Positions 32,872 through 46,427 are shown, counted from the first letter of the stretch. The stretch: DNA of 56,848 bases from Cyanophora paradoxa CCMP329 (GCA_004431415.1 QPMI01000316.1:1-56848), one strand, 5' to 3'. The notes: generated from the sequence alone by a model not told the origin. Made by a program: numbers and translations.

Positions 32872-35800
32872 ATGGCCTACCAGGTTCGCCCATTCTAGAC
32901 CAGTCTCCAGCGTTTAGAACTTCGCGCCGGCTCGCAAACTCTGGCTTCGTTGCGGAATGCGTTTTGAGGCTTCGCCGCACGCAGGGGCCGGCGGCCGGAG
33001 CTCTGCCGAGCGCTCCCTCTGGAGCGATCCCTCCGGCACCGTCCTCGCGCCCTCCGCCACCGGGGCGCTCGGCCCCTGGCTCCGGCACGGCGACGCCGCA
33101 CCATCCAGCGGGGATGATTGCTAGCGCGGCAGGGTTGCCGAAGGCAGGCAGCGCAACGACAGGCGCGGCAGTCGCCGATCAAATTGCCGTTGCTGCAGCC
33201 CAGCGGTCGGTGGCCAACTCCGTGGTGGGCTCGGCAGCTTCATCCAAGGTCCCGACGCGGTCGCACAGCCCTCGGCATTCGCGCCAACCGTCTGGCGGAG
33301 ACGTGCCTCAGATGAAGGTCAACCCGCCAACTGCCCCTGGGCCGGCCGGCACACGCGTAGCGCTGGGTTCGCCCGCTGCGTCTGCCATGTGCAACTCACC
33401 CTTATCCTTATTGCAACTCGCCGCAGCTAATATCGCAAGCAACACCCTGCAAGTCCAGAACATCAAGATTGATGACGAAAGCGAGGCGTCCGGCCTGCTG
33501 GAGTCGACGTCGGCGGATGGAACGTGCGCAGTTTGCAGATGCGTGCGCTCTAGCTTCGACGAGGGCCCGACCGCGCCGCAGCTCGGACGAGGAGGAGGAC
33601 GACAGCGAGGAGGAGATCGAGTTCGTCTCTGCGGCCGACCTCATCATGGCGGCGAACGTCCGCCGGCTCGGAGGTGGGCCCTTCGGTCCGAGGATCCAGT
33701 TTCCCCTTCTTTTCTGTAACGCGGCGCGCAGTCGAGCGCTTGTCGTACGAGCAGCTCGAGAAGCTGCTCCGGGAGGAGCAAAGCAGGCGCAACCGCGCGC
33801 TCTACGCCCTCCAGGCTGCCGAAGAGAAAGTGAAAAAAACGATGCACGAATCGAAGAACCACAAGCAGATGGCGAAGAACCAGGCTGCGATTCTCAAGAT
33901 CCAGTACGCCGAGAAGATGAAGGCCCTCGAGAAGGAGAACTTCGACCTGAAGTCGCAGCTCGCCCTGTTCGAGGTGCGCCCGTCTGGAGTGAGTGCGGCA
34001 GTGCCGGCCCGCTGACGGCGCCCGGGCAGGGGAGGCCGCCTCCGGAGAGGAAAGGGAAGGGTCCGCGCGACACCGACGCCGGCATGCACACGCAGCGCTC
34101 GAACGAGGACCCCCGCATGAGCACCATGTCAGAGGTAGGGCGCACGCGAGCCGCCGCCCTCCTGGCACGCGCGCAACGGGCCGCAGAAGGAGAAGAAGAA
34201 GAGGAAGAGTCTGGGGAGCCGGCTGGCGAAGTTCTTCGGGGGCAAGAAGGACGGCTCGAAGGGGAAGGAGCCGATGTCGGAGCGGCGGACGGGGCTGCAG
34301 GGGGTGCAGGGGGTGCAGGGCCCCGACTACGACTTCGGGGATGATCAGCCGGGGACGCGGGAACAGCCGCCGCCGCCCCCGATCATGCCCCCCGAGGTCA
34401 TGCTCAAGGGCAAGATCCCCCTCACGAAGCCGAGCGTGCGGGAGGCCGACCCCGAGGACGTCGAGCGCTACTACCGGGAGATCGCCGCGCACCTGCCGCC
34501 GGGGATGCAGCCGATGGACATCGGGTTCGCCATCCGCGCGGCGAAGAACCTGCCGCACTCGCAGGAGCACTCGCTCGCCAACGCCGCCAACGCCGCCGCC
34601 CTTTACGGCGAGGGCGACAAGGACCCCGCCGCCGTCGCCGCCTACATCGCTTCCCTCGCCGCCGCCGGCAGCGCCGCCGCCGCCGCCGCCGCCGCCGGCG
34701 GGGGCGTCCCGGCGCGGCCGGCGTCCCGGGGGCGGCCGGCGGGGCAGCCGACGGGACGCCCGGCGCCGCGGGCCTGTCCACCATACCGGAGGACGGCCCC
34801 GCCGCGGGAGGCGCCCCCGCTACGGGCCTCGCCGCCGCCCTCGCCGCCAGGGCGGCCGGGCTCACCCCGCCGGCTGCGCCCGGGCAGCCGCCCGCCGTGC
34901 CCCCGCCTGCACCGCCGAAAGCTGCGGGCGGTCCGCCGGTGCCACCGCCGCCGCCGGTGGGCGGGTGCCGCCGGCGCCGCCGGCAGCGGGCCCGCGGGTA
35001 CCGGCGGCGGCGATGGCGCCGGCGCTACCGGCGGCGCCGGCGATGCCGAAGGAGAAGCGGCTGAAGAACCTGCGGATGATCTACTGGAACGCGATTCCGC
35101 GGGCGAAGCTGCCGTGCACGATCTGGGCGCAGCCGTACATGCACCAGGAGGTCATCCCCCTCGACCTCGCCGAGATCGACCTCCACTTCGAGCAGAAGAA
35201 GACCGACGACGCCGGCCCGCCCCGCCCCCCTGCCCCTCCCGCCCCCCGCCCCCCCCGACCGCCGGCGCAGAGAACAAGATCGCCTCGAAGAGCATGAAGC
35301 AGTCGAACAAGATCCGAATCTTCGACGACAAGAAGTCCAAGAACGCCGGTGCGGGGGGCGCCGGGGGCCGTGGCGGCGGGGGCTCGCTCGTGCGACGGGG
35401 CGGGCGGGGGCGGGGCAGCGATCGTGCTGGCCAAGTTCACGCGCGTGACGCCCGACGCCGTCATGAACGCCATCCTCTCCCTCGACCCCTCCTACTTCGG
35501 CGACTCCGACGGTGCCCGCCCCCGCCCCCCGCCCCTCCCGGCGGCGGCTCGCGACGGGGGGCGCAGACAACCAGGTGGACACGATGCAGAAGCTGATCAA
35601 GGAGTGGCCCAACGAGGACGAGGACAAGAAGCTCAAGGCGTACGACGGCGACTTCGGGCTCCTCGACAAGCCCGAGATCTTCTTCATCACGGTGCGCGCC
35701 CCCCGCCCCACCCCCCGCACCGCCCCGCACCGCACCGCCCCGCGCCGGCAGCGCCTGACGCGCGGCGCAGCTGCTGCAGGTGCCGCGGATGGGGGACAAG

Positions 35801-38526
35801 CTGCGCTGCTTCCTCTACAAGCACACGTTCGAGAAGGAGATCGCGGCGATGCGGGAGGCGATGGGCAAGGTGACGTCGGCGTGCATCGAGGTCCTCTCCA
35901 GCCGCCGCCTCATGCGCCTGCTCGAGACCATCCTCGCCTTCGGCAACTACGTCAACAAGGGAACCGCCAAGGGCAACGCGCTCGGCTACAAGCTCGACAT
36001 CCTCCCCAAGCTCTCCGGCACCAAGGCCGTCAACAGCAGCCAGGGCATCCAGTCCGTCCTCCACTACGTCGCCAACGTGCGGCCCCGCCCGCCCCCGCAG
36101 CGGGGCGCCGCCGGGGGGAGGGGGCCGACGGGGGCGCAGCTGTGCAACCGGGCAATGCCGCTGGTGGTCAAGGTGCGGGAGGACCTCGGCCACCTCGAGG
36201 AGTGCACCAAGGGTCCGCCCGCCCCGCCCCGCCCCGGCCCCCCGCCCCGCCGCCGCCCCCGAGCGAGGCGCAGTTTCGGTGAGCAACCTGTACGACACGG
36301 AGAAGGAGCTGAAGGAGGGCCTGAGCGTGGTGCGGCGCGAGGCGGAGGCCTCCGGCAGCGAGGCCTACGCCCAGGAGTTCCACCGTAACATGGCCGTGCG
36401 CGGCGTGGGGCTGGGGGGCGCCGGCGGGGCGGGCGGGGCCGACGGTCGGGGGGCGGGGCGGGGCGCAGGCGTTCCTGCGGTACGCGGACACGGAGCTGCA
36501 GGCGGTGGCGGGGGACGTGCGGACGATGAAGGACTACCTGAACGCCATCCGCCTCTACTTCGGGGAGGACGAGCGCGGCTGCCCCAACCCCGAGGAGCTC
36601 CTCGGCACCCTCCACCGCTTCCTCGTCGACTTCCAGAACTGCCTCGGCGCCCTCGAGAAGGAGCGCGAGCGCCTCGCCAAGCAGGCCCGCACGGCCCGCT
36701 CCGAGCGTGCGCCCCCGCCCCGCCCCCGACCCCACCGCCTTCCGCACCGCACCCGCCGAGGCGCCCCCCGCAGCGGAGGAGGACCCGTACTGGCGGCTTC
36801 TGCGGGAGCAGCAGGAAAAGCTCGCCGCCGCGGGGCACCCCGACCCCGCCACCCACGCCGCCGACTACCAGTCCGCCCCGCCCCGCCCCGAGCGTTCGCG
36901 GCGCCGCCCTGACGCCCCGCAGGCGCATCATGCGCGAGCAGCTGCCGCCGGCGCAGAACCCCATGCAACCGTCGCCGGCCCCGGCCGCCGCGCCGGCCGC
37001 CGGCCCTGCGCCCCTGTGGGACGGCGCGCAGGCGGCGGCGCCGGCGGTGCCAGCGGCGCCGCCGGCCGGCCCGGCGGGGTCGGTGACGTCGGTGTCGCGG
37101 ATGCTGCAGCAGCGCGCCCTGCAGCGCCAGAGCAGCAACGACGACGCCGCCGCCGCCGGGCCGCCGGCCGTGCCCCCGGCTCCCCCTTCCCTCCGCCCCG
37201 GGGGCGCCGTCCCGCCTCCCCCGCCCCGCCCCCTCCGCTGGCGGTGCCGCTGCGGTCCTCCCCGCGCCGCTCCCCGCCGCCCTCCGGGGCGCTGCCCCGC
37301 CGCCCGTCCCCCGCCCCGCCCTTCGCCGGAGCCGCGGGGCCGCTCCCGCCCGGCCTCCCCCGCCCCGCCCTCCGGGGCGCGGCGCCGCCTCCTCTCGGCG
37401 GCGCTGCCGTCCCCCTCGGCCTCCCGCCGCTGCGGCCCCTCCCCCGCGGCCCCCGCCGCCGCCGTCCCCCGCCTCCCCCGCCGCCTCCATCAGTCTCCCC
37501 CCCGCCGCCCCGCCGCCTCCTCCGCCCCCGCCTCCTTTCGCAGCGGGGGAGGCGGCCGCTCCGGCGAGACCCCCTCCGCCGCCTCCGTCCGGCGGCGCCC
37601 GGCCGCCCGGAGGCTCCCCGTACCCCGCCGCGCCCCCGCACCGCCCGTCCCCGCTGCCCCGCGAGGCCACCACCGGCGCCGGCTGCAGCCGCCGCCGTCC
37701 CTCCGGCCCAGCCGCCAGGCCACCGCCCGCACCAGCCGCCGCCCTCCCCCCGCGGCCGCTCCGCCCCGCCCCCGCCCCCGCCCCCTTCGCGGCGGACGCC
37801 CCAGCCGCGGCGCCGCGCCCGCCGCCTCCTCCGCCCTCCGGCAGCGCGAAGCCGCCGCCTGTGCCCGGCGCGCCGGCCGCGCCGGCAGCCGTGCCGCCGG
37901 CCCCGCCAGCGCCAGCCGCGAGGGCCGCTCCGCCACCCGCCCCGCCCGCACCGCCACCCGCCCCGCCTGCGCCTGCCCGCGCCCCGCCGGCGATCCCCGC
38001 GCATCCTCTCCCGGCCCCGGCGGCGCTCGGAGCGCAGGAGGGGGCGTCGGGCGGGCACGGGGCGCGGCAGGCGTGGGGCGAGGAGCAGCAGCAGGACGAG
38101 TACGCCGACCCGTACGCTCAGCAAGGCTACGGCCAGCAGCAGCAGGGCTACGACCCCAGCCTGGAGACGGCGTATGGCGGCTACGCGTACGAGGAGCAGC
38201 ACCAGCAGCCGCAGCAGCAGCAGCAGTGGGGCGACGCGCAGGGCGGCTACGCAGAGGATGGGGGGCAGCAGGCGCCGTACTACGACCCGCCGCAGCCGTG
38301 GAACGGGCATGCCGAGCAGGACTACGGCTACGACCAGCAGCAGCAGGGGTACGGCTACGACCAGCAGCAGGGGTACCAGCAGCAGGCCGGCTACGATCAG
38401 CAGGGCGGCTACGACCAGCAGCAGGCCGGCTACGACCAGGGGTACGACCAGCAGGGCGGGTACGACAACCAGCAGCAACAGTATTATCACGGGCAGTACC
38501 CCAACCAGCCCCAGCAAGGCTGGTAG
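32872..38526 (+). CDS. Formin (FH2 domain) with N-terminal coiled coil, Pro-rich segments and a GYDQQ-repeat tail
   Basis: FH2 motifs KNLRMIYWNAIP..TIW, IFDDKKSKNA|AIVLAKF, VPRMGDKLRCFLYKHTF and LLETILAFGNYVNKGTAKGNALGYKLDILPKLSGTK. Start MAYQ|GPAAG inferred at 32872. Confidence 0.88.
38095..38523 (+). repeat. Coding imperfect tandem repeat (GGCTACGACCAGCAG, GYDQQ)
   Basis: Repeated GYDQQ(Q)/GYQQQ units in the last formin exon. Confidence 0.8.
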
Positions 38527-38937
38527 ACCCTCGCGCTCGATCCTCCGCAGTGCGCCGCGCTCCTCACTTCCCTCGGGTCATTCATCGATTCCGCGAGTTT
38601 AGTCTAGTAGATCTTACGCCAGAGAGCTGATGGTGAAATAACATGCACAAACAAATCATTGAATCTTACGCGTTCTCCGTGCCCCCATACGAGCTACAGC
38701 CTGGCAGGCTAAAATCGACGGGATATGCGACAGCGAATAAGGCATTCAGGCGTTTCAGACTTGACTGAAACTCGGCAAAAAGCAGAAAAGTGACTAGGTG
38801 ACACACTGTGACACTGGGGGAAAAGCAGGATGACTGCTGTAAATCAGAGAGGGCCGGCGCTAGAGCCTGGAAGGGCGCTGGGCCCTGGGCCCGCCGTGGC
38901 GGATTCATGCGGGCTCGCTGGTGCGCGAGGAGCGTCG

Positions 38938-40305
38938 TCAGCAGAACGCAAGGGCGCGAAAGGTGCGGAGGAAGTTGCGGTGGGAGGCCTTCCACTCCGC
39001 GTAGACGGCCCGCGCGCCCCGCTCCGCCCCCGCCCCCTCCCCGAAGGCCTCCGCCCACGGCCGCCCCCCCGCCCCCGCCGGGGAGGGCGGCGCCGGGGCG
39101 GAGCGGGCGGGGCCGACGAGGCGGGCCGGGGCGGGGTCGTAGTCGAGGAGGCGGGCGACGGGGGAGGGCGGGGGCAGGGCATAGCTGAGAAGGCGGCGGG
39201 GGCGACGAGGGCGTATGCTATGAGGGCGCCCACGGCGAAGAGGCCCTCCAGTGCTTCCCCGCCCGTCGCCGCGAAGAGGCCCCCCGCCGGCACTCCGCCC
39301 CGTACCTGCCGCCCCCGCCGGCCCCTCGACGCCGGCCCGGCCCCGCCCGCGCGGCGCGCCCGGCTCAGGCGGCGCGCACCAGCGGAAGAGGCAGCGGGCC
39401 GTCTCGTAGACCCAGCACGCCAGCGCGTACCTCACGGGCTCCAGCTCGGCCGGCGGCGGTCCCCTGCGGCGCAGCCGCGCGGCGTGAGGGCGCGCACGCA
39501 GCGGCGGGTGCGGCGCGGCGCACACGCACGATGCGGGTGCCTGGTCGATGCGGAGAGCTTCAGCACGCTCGCGCACGAAGGCCTCCAGGGACGCCGGCGG
39601 GCCGTCCGGGGCAGCCCAGGGGAAGGCGGGGAGAGCGATGTGCGGGCCGCCTTCGGAGGGCGGCCCGAACGCCCGCTGCAGGATCGAGACAAGGAGTTTG
39701 CGGGCCAGCTCCAGCCGCGCGCCCTCACTCTGCTGAGCGCTCGCGTGAGCGCGGACGCCCGGCGTCGGCTCGTGGACTGGCGCACCGCAAGGGACGCAGC
39801 GTCGACGAGTCCGAGACAAAGCTCCAGGTGGTCGACATCCAAAGAGGCGGTGCTGTCCACGACACCCAGGTCGAATAGCTGCAGCGCCTTCGCTCTGACC
39901 TTCCACACGGAGTCCAAGTTCCTGATAAGCTATTTAAGGCATGCGATGAGAGGCCTAGGGGGAGCGCCTCACCTCGGCCGCGGCGACGGAGAGAATGACG
40001 AAATGGACGGCGGCCTCGGGCTCTCCAGATCTGCGGAATCTGCCCTCAAGAGGTGTACCGGCAATTTCTGCGTGTGCAGGAAGTGAGCGCTGCGCACCGC
40101 GGCAACTCGCGCGGCGCGGGCGTCAGGTCTTTCGCACCTTCGGCGGACGGCAGGCCACATCAGTTCCTGATGGGTCGAAGCTTGTCGACCTGGAGAGCGA
40201 CAGCGCAGCGTGCGCGGAGCCGTTCTCGTTCAGCGGGCGGAAGCCAAGAGGCTTCTCGTCGCGCCGTTTCCGCAACAAGCGCAGTAGAAGCTCGTAGAAG
40301 CACAT
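38938..40305 (-). CDS. Hypothetical protein (multi-exon)
   Basis: Splice-compatible exons MCFYELLLRLL.., RNLDSVWKVRAKALQLFDLG.., LELARKLLVSILQRAF.. and VYAEWKASHRNFLRTFRALAFC*. No family recognised. Confidence 0.5.
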
Positions 40306-40430
40306 GAGATGGAATTGCGAGCGTACAAGCCGAGGTAATGCCGGGCAAGCGATTTGGTGCAGGTTACGGGGGTAGAGGCATTTCGAATTGCGGACTTGTT
40401 GATCGGAGCGGCCAGGCGGAACCGGGAGGA

Positions 40431-43400
40431 ATGGCGGGGGCAGGTGCTGTTGCAGCACAACCGTCACCCGTACGCACTCTCCCGACAGTTTTCGATTTGT
40501 CGGGACGGCCTCGAACGTCGCCGCGCGTGAGCAACACCCCAAGGAGCCACGTTGAAGGCATCGGGGCTCCGCGAGCTACGCCTCGCGTAGCGGAAAGCGA
40601 CCAAGATGCAACGCCGCAAGCTCTTGGAACGCCGCGAGCTGTGCTTCGCGTAGCTGTGGCGGAGACGCGCTCGAGCATGCTCCGCCGCCAATCCACGGAG
40701 GCAGCCCTGCGGCGTCAGCGCGAAGATGCGGAGGAAGAGTCCCGGAAGCGAGTCGCAGTTGACGAAGCGCCTCTCACGGGGCGCGGACCGCCCAAACTTC
40801 CGACTCTTTCCGCCTCGCTGCTGCGCACAAGCATCTCCCTCGCGCCGCCGCGGGCAGCGGAGCACGCGACGCCCCCGACGGCGCCGGAGCGAAAGCGACG
40901 GGTGCGGACGGAGCCCGTGAGGCGGCGGGCGTCGGAGGCGCTGGGCGTGAAGGCGCGGCGGGCCTCGGCGGGCATCGCGCCTCGCCCCGTCCTCTTCTCC
41001 GACATCGGGCGTTCGTTCTCCGACAAGCGGGACAACGACGGGTTCGCCATCGGGCGGCCCCCGACGCCGCCGGCGCAGGCCGCCCTCCGCCGCTCCTCCG
41101 CCGCCTTCGACGCGGAGAAGAGCGCGGGGCGCTCCTCCGTCGGCCCCGCCCCCTTCCCCTTCTCCCCCTGCGCCCCCTGCACCCTCACCTTTCCCGAGAG
41201 CCCCGCCGTACCCCCTGCGCCCTCCTCCCCGGGCCCTGCGCTGTCCTGCAACGGGGGCCCTGCCGGCGCGCCCCCCCTCGCCGCATCCCCCGCCTCGCGC
41301 TCGCCGCGGGGCTCGTGCGGGGGGAGCCTCGCGCCGCCCCCCGCGGGGCTCCCCGCGACGCCGGCGACGCCGCGGGGAGGGGAGTGGAGCGGGGGCGCGG
41401 GGACGCCGCTGCGGCTCTCCGGGGAGTGGCGGTGCGGGGCGGGGCTGCCGGTGCACGCCGGCCCCTTCCTGGCGCCCCGCCCCGGGGCCTCCTCGCCGGG
41501 GCGCCCCAGCCCGAGCGCCCCCTCCTCGCGCCGCTCCTCCGCACCCTCCCTCCTCCTCGCCCCCGCCCCCGAGCTGGCCGAGCGCGCCCCCTTCCCGGGC
41601 GCGCGCCCTGGCCCCCGCCCCCGCCGAGCCCGAGGAGCCGCGCGCGGCGGCGGCGGCGGCGGCGGGCCGGCGAGGCGGAGCGAGGGCGGGGAGGAGGCGC
41701 CGCTGACGAGCGCGCGGTCGCTGCGGTCGGAGCGGGGGCGGTCGGGGCACCGGGGCTCGCTGCCGGCGCGCCCGTCGGCCGGCTCCCTCGCCGCCCGCGA
41801 CGACGACCTCGACGAGATCGCCAGCATCCCGGACCCCGTGCCCCTGCCCGCCCGCCCCGCCCCGCGGGGGCTGAGGCGGCGCAGGGCCCGAACTGGCGCT
41901 CGGGCATCTCGCACTCGGGCTGGAGCGACGAGGAGGAGGAGCCGAGGAGGCCGCCGGCCCCGCCCCGGCGCCCCGCGGGGCCGTCCGCCGCGCCGCCTCG
42001 GCCGCCTCCTCGCTGGCGGCCCTGGGCGAGGAGCAGGCGGCCCTCTCCCCCGCCGCCTCCCCGCGCCGCCCCGACGCCGCCCTCCCCTCCCCGCCCCGCA
42101 CTCCACCCCGCGCTCCAGCCTCGCCCCGCCCCTCCCCGCCCCTCCGCCTCCCTCGCCGCCCCGGCACGCCCCTCGCCGCCTCTCCTCTGCGCCCTTCCAC
42201 GCCCGTCGCCGCCTCCCCGCGGCCGGCGCCCGCCCCGACGGCCCGCTCGCCCGCTCCCAAGACCCCGCCCCGAAGCTCGTGCCCTCCCGCCCAGCCCCGC
42301 CCCCGCGCCTTCCGCACCGCCGCCCGCCCCCGCCTCCGCCCCCGCCCGCGCTAGCCCGGAGGAGCCGTCTGCGCCGCCGCGGCCCGCCTCGCCGGCCGCT
42401 CCCGCCGCCGCGCCCGCCAGCACGGCGGGGCCGCGGGCCGGCGCGGAGGCGGCGCCGGCGTCGGCGGCGGCGGCGGGGCTGGCGTCGCTGGTGGAGGAGG
42501 CGGCGGGCGGCGCGGCTCCGTGCGGCGGCGCAAGGGCTCGCGGAGGGCCACCCGGGGCCCCTCCCGGCCGGCGCCTTCGCGGGCGCCGCCGTCCCCGAGT
42601 CGGACGAGTCGGAGGACGAGGGCGGTGCGGGGCGCACTGGGCCGGCGACTCCCCGCCCGCCCCGCTCCCCTCGCCCCCGCCCTCCCCGCCCCTCATCGCC
42701 CTCGGGCGCGACGCCACTCCGAGGTCCGCCGCCCCGCTTTTCGCCCGCCGCCCCGCCTCACGCGCCGGCAGCCGCGCGGGCCACCGCCCAAGGCGCGCGC
42801 GCCGCCGTCGCCGCCGCGCGTGCCGCCGCCGGAGCTCTCGTCGCCCGAGACGCCCGCCAGCGCCGCGCCCAGCGCCGTGCCCAGCGCCGCCTCCCTCCCC
42901 TCCGCCCCGCCGCCTCCGCCCCCCTCACGCCCCTCTCCCTCCGCCCCAGCCGCCCGCCCTCCCGCCGCCCCTCGCCCCGCCCCTCCTCCCCGGGCGCGGC
43001 CCGCCCCCGCCCGCCTGCAGCGCCGGCTGCAGGGGCGGGGCCGGCAGAGATGCCGGCAGCGGCAGCCAGGGAGCCGGCGGGGCCCCGGCGCCGGCGGCTG
43101 CAGCGCCCGCGGAGGCTCCGCCGCCGGAGAACGGGGCGGGGCGGGGCGGGCGGGGCGGGGCTGGAGCGGCGGCTCTCGGTGCGGGAGGTGGAGCGGCTGC
43201 TGCGGGAGGACGAGCTCGCCGCCCGCCTCGCCGACCTCGCCGCCCGCCTCGACCGTCCGCCCCCGCCCGCCCCCCGCCCCGCTCGCCCCGCTCGCAGGCC
43301 GCCGCTGACGCGGGGCGGGGCCGGCAGAGGCGCTGCGGGAGCGGGACGCGGCGCGGGGGGAGAACCGGGAGCTGCGGCGCGTCCTCAAGGCTCATGACCT

Positions 43401-43689
43401 GCGCCTCCTGCAGATGTTCGAGGCGGGCCCGCCGCCCCCGCAGCGCCCCCGCGGCGCCCCCTGACCGCCCCGCCCCCGGCAGCGCCTGGAGATCGCGAAC
43501 GACCTGAACGAGGAGCTGCGGCGGCAGCTGAACGACGAGTCGGCGGCGCGCGCTCCGCAGCCGCCCTCGCCCCTCTACGGCGGCTCGACGCCCCGGGCCC
43601 CGCCGACGCCCCTCGTCGCCTCGCCCCTCTTCGCGCCCCTCCCGCCCCCGTTCCCCCGCCTCCGCTCCGCCTCCAAGCCCGCCCTCTGA
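40431..43689 (+). CDS. Hypothetical Pro/Ser/Ala/Arg-rich protein with C-terminal coiled coil
   Basis: Long low-complexity frames ending in heptad-like LSVREVERLLREDELAARLADL..ENRELRRVLKAHDLRLLQMFE|RLEIANDLNEELRRQL. Start uncertain (40338 or 40431). Confidence 0.5.
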
Positions 43690-44239
43690 CCCGCCCCCGC
43701 CCCCGCCCCCCCGCTACCTGCCCCTGCCAACACGCCGCCCCTCCTGCGGCATGCCCCCCACACCTAGGCCTGCGAACCGCGCGCGTGCGCCCCCACGCCT
43801 CCCAGACAGTTTTGGATCCATATCCGTAGCCTAGACCGTCATACCACTCAAGAATCAATAGCTCACAGAACCCAAGGCCTTCTTTGAAGCAGCAACAGCG
43901 ATTAGTTTCAGTTTCAACGTCAAAGAGAAATCGATCGCACACGCACATCTATTCCGAACTTCGGCGCGGATGCACTATGGGCAGTGGGCCCTACTACTAG
44001 GCTACCGTACTAGGCGCGGCTTACTAAGTTACTTACACTACTACTACGCTATTCGATCGTCAGAAGCCCAGAAGTCAAAAGTCTCACGGTCTTCTAGTCC
44101 GGGCTTTAGAACCTGCGAACTTGAAATCCAGAAACTGAAACACGAGGGCAAAAAAACTATACAGGGAGGTCGACACGCGAATGCAGGCACGGCACGTACT
44201 ACGAACTGGAAAGGACTAAGCGGAGGACGGGGGAGGGGG

Positions 44240-45760
44240 CTACATGAGGAGGCACTTGCAGTTGGCCTTGGCGGATGCGTTCGAGGCCTTGCGCTCCGCG
44301 GCGATGGCGCCGAGGCGGAGGACGATCTGGGCGAACGAGGGCCGCTGCGCCGGCTCCTCCGCCCAGCACGCCATCAGCAGCTGGCCCAGGTCCCGGCAGC
44401 AGTTCCGCGCCGGCATGCTGCCCCCCGCCCCCGCCTCAGACCTGCCGGGCGGAGGGGGAGAGGGGGGAGGGGAGGGGGGCGGGGCGCGCATGTTGGGGCA
44501 GGGGCGGGCGCCCTGCGTGGCGACCATGGCGGCGGCCTGCTCCTGGGGCAGGCCGGCGTAGGGGACGCGCCCCGAGATGACCTCGAAGGCGAGGCACGCC
44601 CACGCGAACACGTCCGCCCCGAACCCGTACGGCTCCCCCCGCAGCACCTGCCGGCCCCGCCCCTCCCGCTCGCCCCGGCTGCCGCGCGGGGGCGGGCTGG
44701 CGGGCGGGCCGGGGCACCTCGGGGGCGGCGTAGCGGAGGGAGCCGGTGCGGGGCGTCATGCGGCCGTCCTGGGGCACTCGGCGGCAGAGGCCAAAGTCCA
44801 GCAGCTTCACCACCCGCCCCTTCGCCGTGATCATCACGTTCGGGCTCTGCCGCGCAGTCAGCGCCCCCGCGGGGCGGCCCGGGCGAGGGCGGGGCCCGCC
44901 TTGACTGTGGGGGGCGTGAGCCCGAGGAGCGGGCGGGGCGGCCGCGGGGCGGGGGGGGCGGGGCGGACGGTCGCGGTGGATGAGGCCGCGGTCGTGCAGG
45001 TACGCCATCGCCTCCGCCAGGGGCAGCAGCACCTGCCGCCCCGCCCCGCCCCCTCGCCCCGCCCCAAGGCGGGAAGGGGAGGGGAGTGGGGGGCGCCGGC
45101 GCGCCTCGAGGACGGCCTCGTTGGTGGGAAAGGAGCCGCCCTCCTCGTGCAGGCTGCGCCCCCGCCCCGCGTCGGCCCGCCCGCTCCCGGCGCGGGGCGG
45201 GGCGGGGCGGGGCGGGGCGGGGCGGGGCGGGCGGACATCTGCTGGAGGGTCTTCCCCTCGACCTTCTCGACGAGGAGCATGGGGCGGTCGGCCCCCGAGA
45301 CGATCCCCTCCGTCTTGATGATGTTCGGGTGGTCCAGCTGCCCCAGGAAGTCCGCCTCCGCCTGCGCCCCGCTCGCCCTTCAGCGCCGCCGCAGGGCGCC
45401 GGGCGGGCGGGGGTGCGGGGGGGCGGGGCCGGGCCTCCATCTCGCGCTGCATCTGCTCGACGGCGGCCGTGTCCTTGATCCAAATCGACCGCGCCCGCTT
45501 CACCGCCATCTGCCGCCCCCTGTACTCCGCCGTGTGCACCGACGCGAACCCGCCTGCCGCCCCGCCCCGGGGCCCCCGTCAGGGCCGCCCGAGGCAGGCC
45601 CCGCCGCGCGTCTCGGCGCACCCTCGGCGACCTTGTCGCTGACGACGATGCTCTCCGCCCGCGCCACTTTCTTCTTCGAGTTCCCCGCGTGCGCGGCGAC
45701 CGCCGGGGGCGCGGGGTTCGCCACGGACACCACAGTCACGTCGTTCTTCGCCTCCGCCAT
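44240..45760 (-). CDS. TKL-type protein kinase with C-terminal CaaX box
   Basis: VAEG|GFASVH, MAVK, LDHPNII, YLHDRGLIHRD-L-K-SPNVMI, LLDFGL, TGSLRYAAPE and ADVFAW. Ends ANCKCLLM*. Confidence 0.88.
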
Positions 45761-46427
45761 GTCCCGCGCTCCTGCGCAACGAACAAGCCGGGTTTTGAGG
45801 CCACGAGCGCCCGAGCGCTCATCGGGGAGCGTCTCGATGGGGCGCACCGATGGGCACAACCTGGGTCAAGTGCATGCACTGCGCTGAACGTGCTGCTGCG
45901 GCTGCGAACTGAAAGCTAATGCGCTTGCACGAACGCTCGCGCCCGCTGCCCCAGCCGATCGGCGGAGCTAAGCTGCAGCTGCAGCTGTCGCCCTGCCAGC
46001 GCCGCCGAGCGTCCGATCAGAGATCAGCCAGACGAGGAACCAGCTCTCCGACCCAGGAAGGAGGCTCTCAGGCAGTTCGCTTAGCGGCGTTGGCGGCGGC
46101 TGCAGCTGCTCCGAAAAATTGCGCCGAGCCGTTACGCCGCCTACCGCGGCCTACGTATACGCGGCCGCGAGCGGGGATCCGGATCATGATTCATGATCAT
46201 CGGAGCTCGAATTCGGAGCCTTGAAAACCGGTACATGCGTGTTCAAGCTCTGAGGAAGCTGGAGCCGGGAGAAGGCGCCCCCGGTGCAAAGGTCGCCGAG
46301 GAGGGGGTAGAGGCGGACTCGGGACCTGGGGGCAGAGTCGCCGCAGCAGTCGAGGATTTGAATTTAGGCAGGCGCCGCAGCCTGGCAGCAGAGTGACGCC
46401 AGAGTCGCGGCAGCAGTCGTTGAGAAG

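Noticed and set aside
36279-43507. Many long overlapping Arg/Pro/Gly/Ala ORFs on both strands
   Set aside because: Shadow ORFs expected at very high GC. They carry no recognisable domains.
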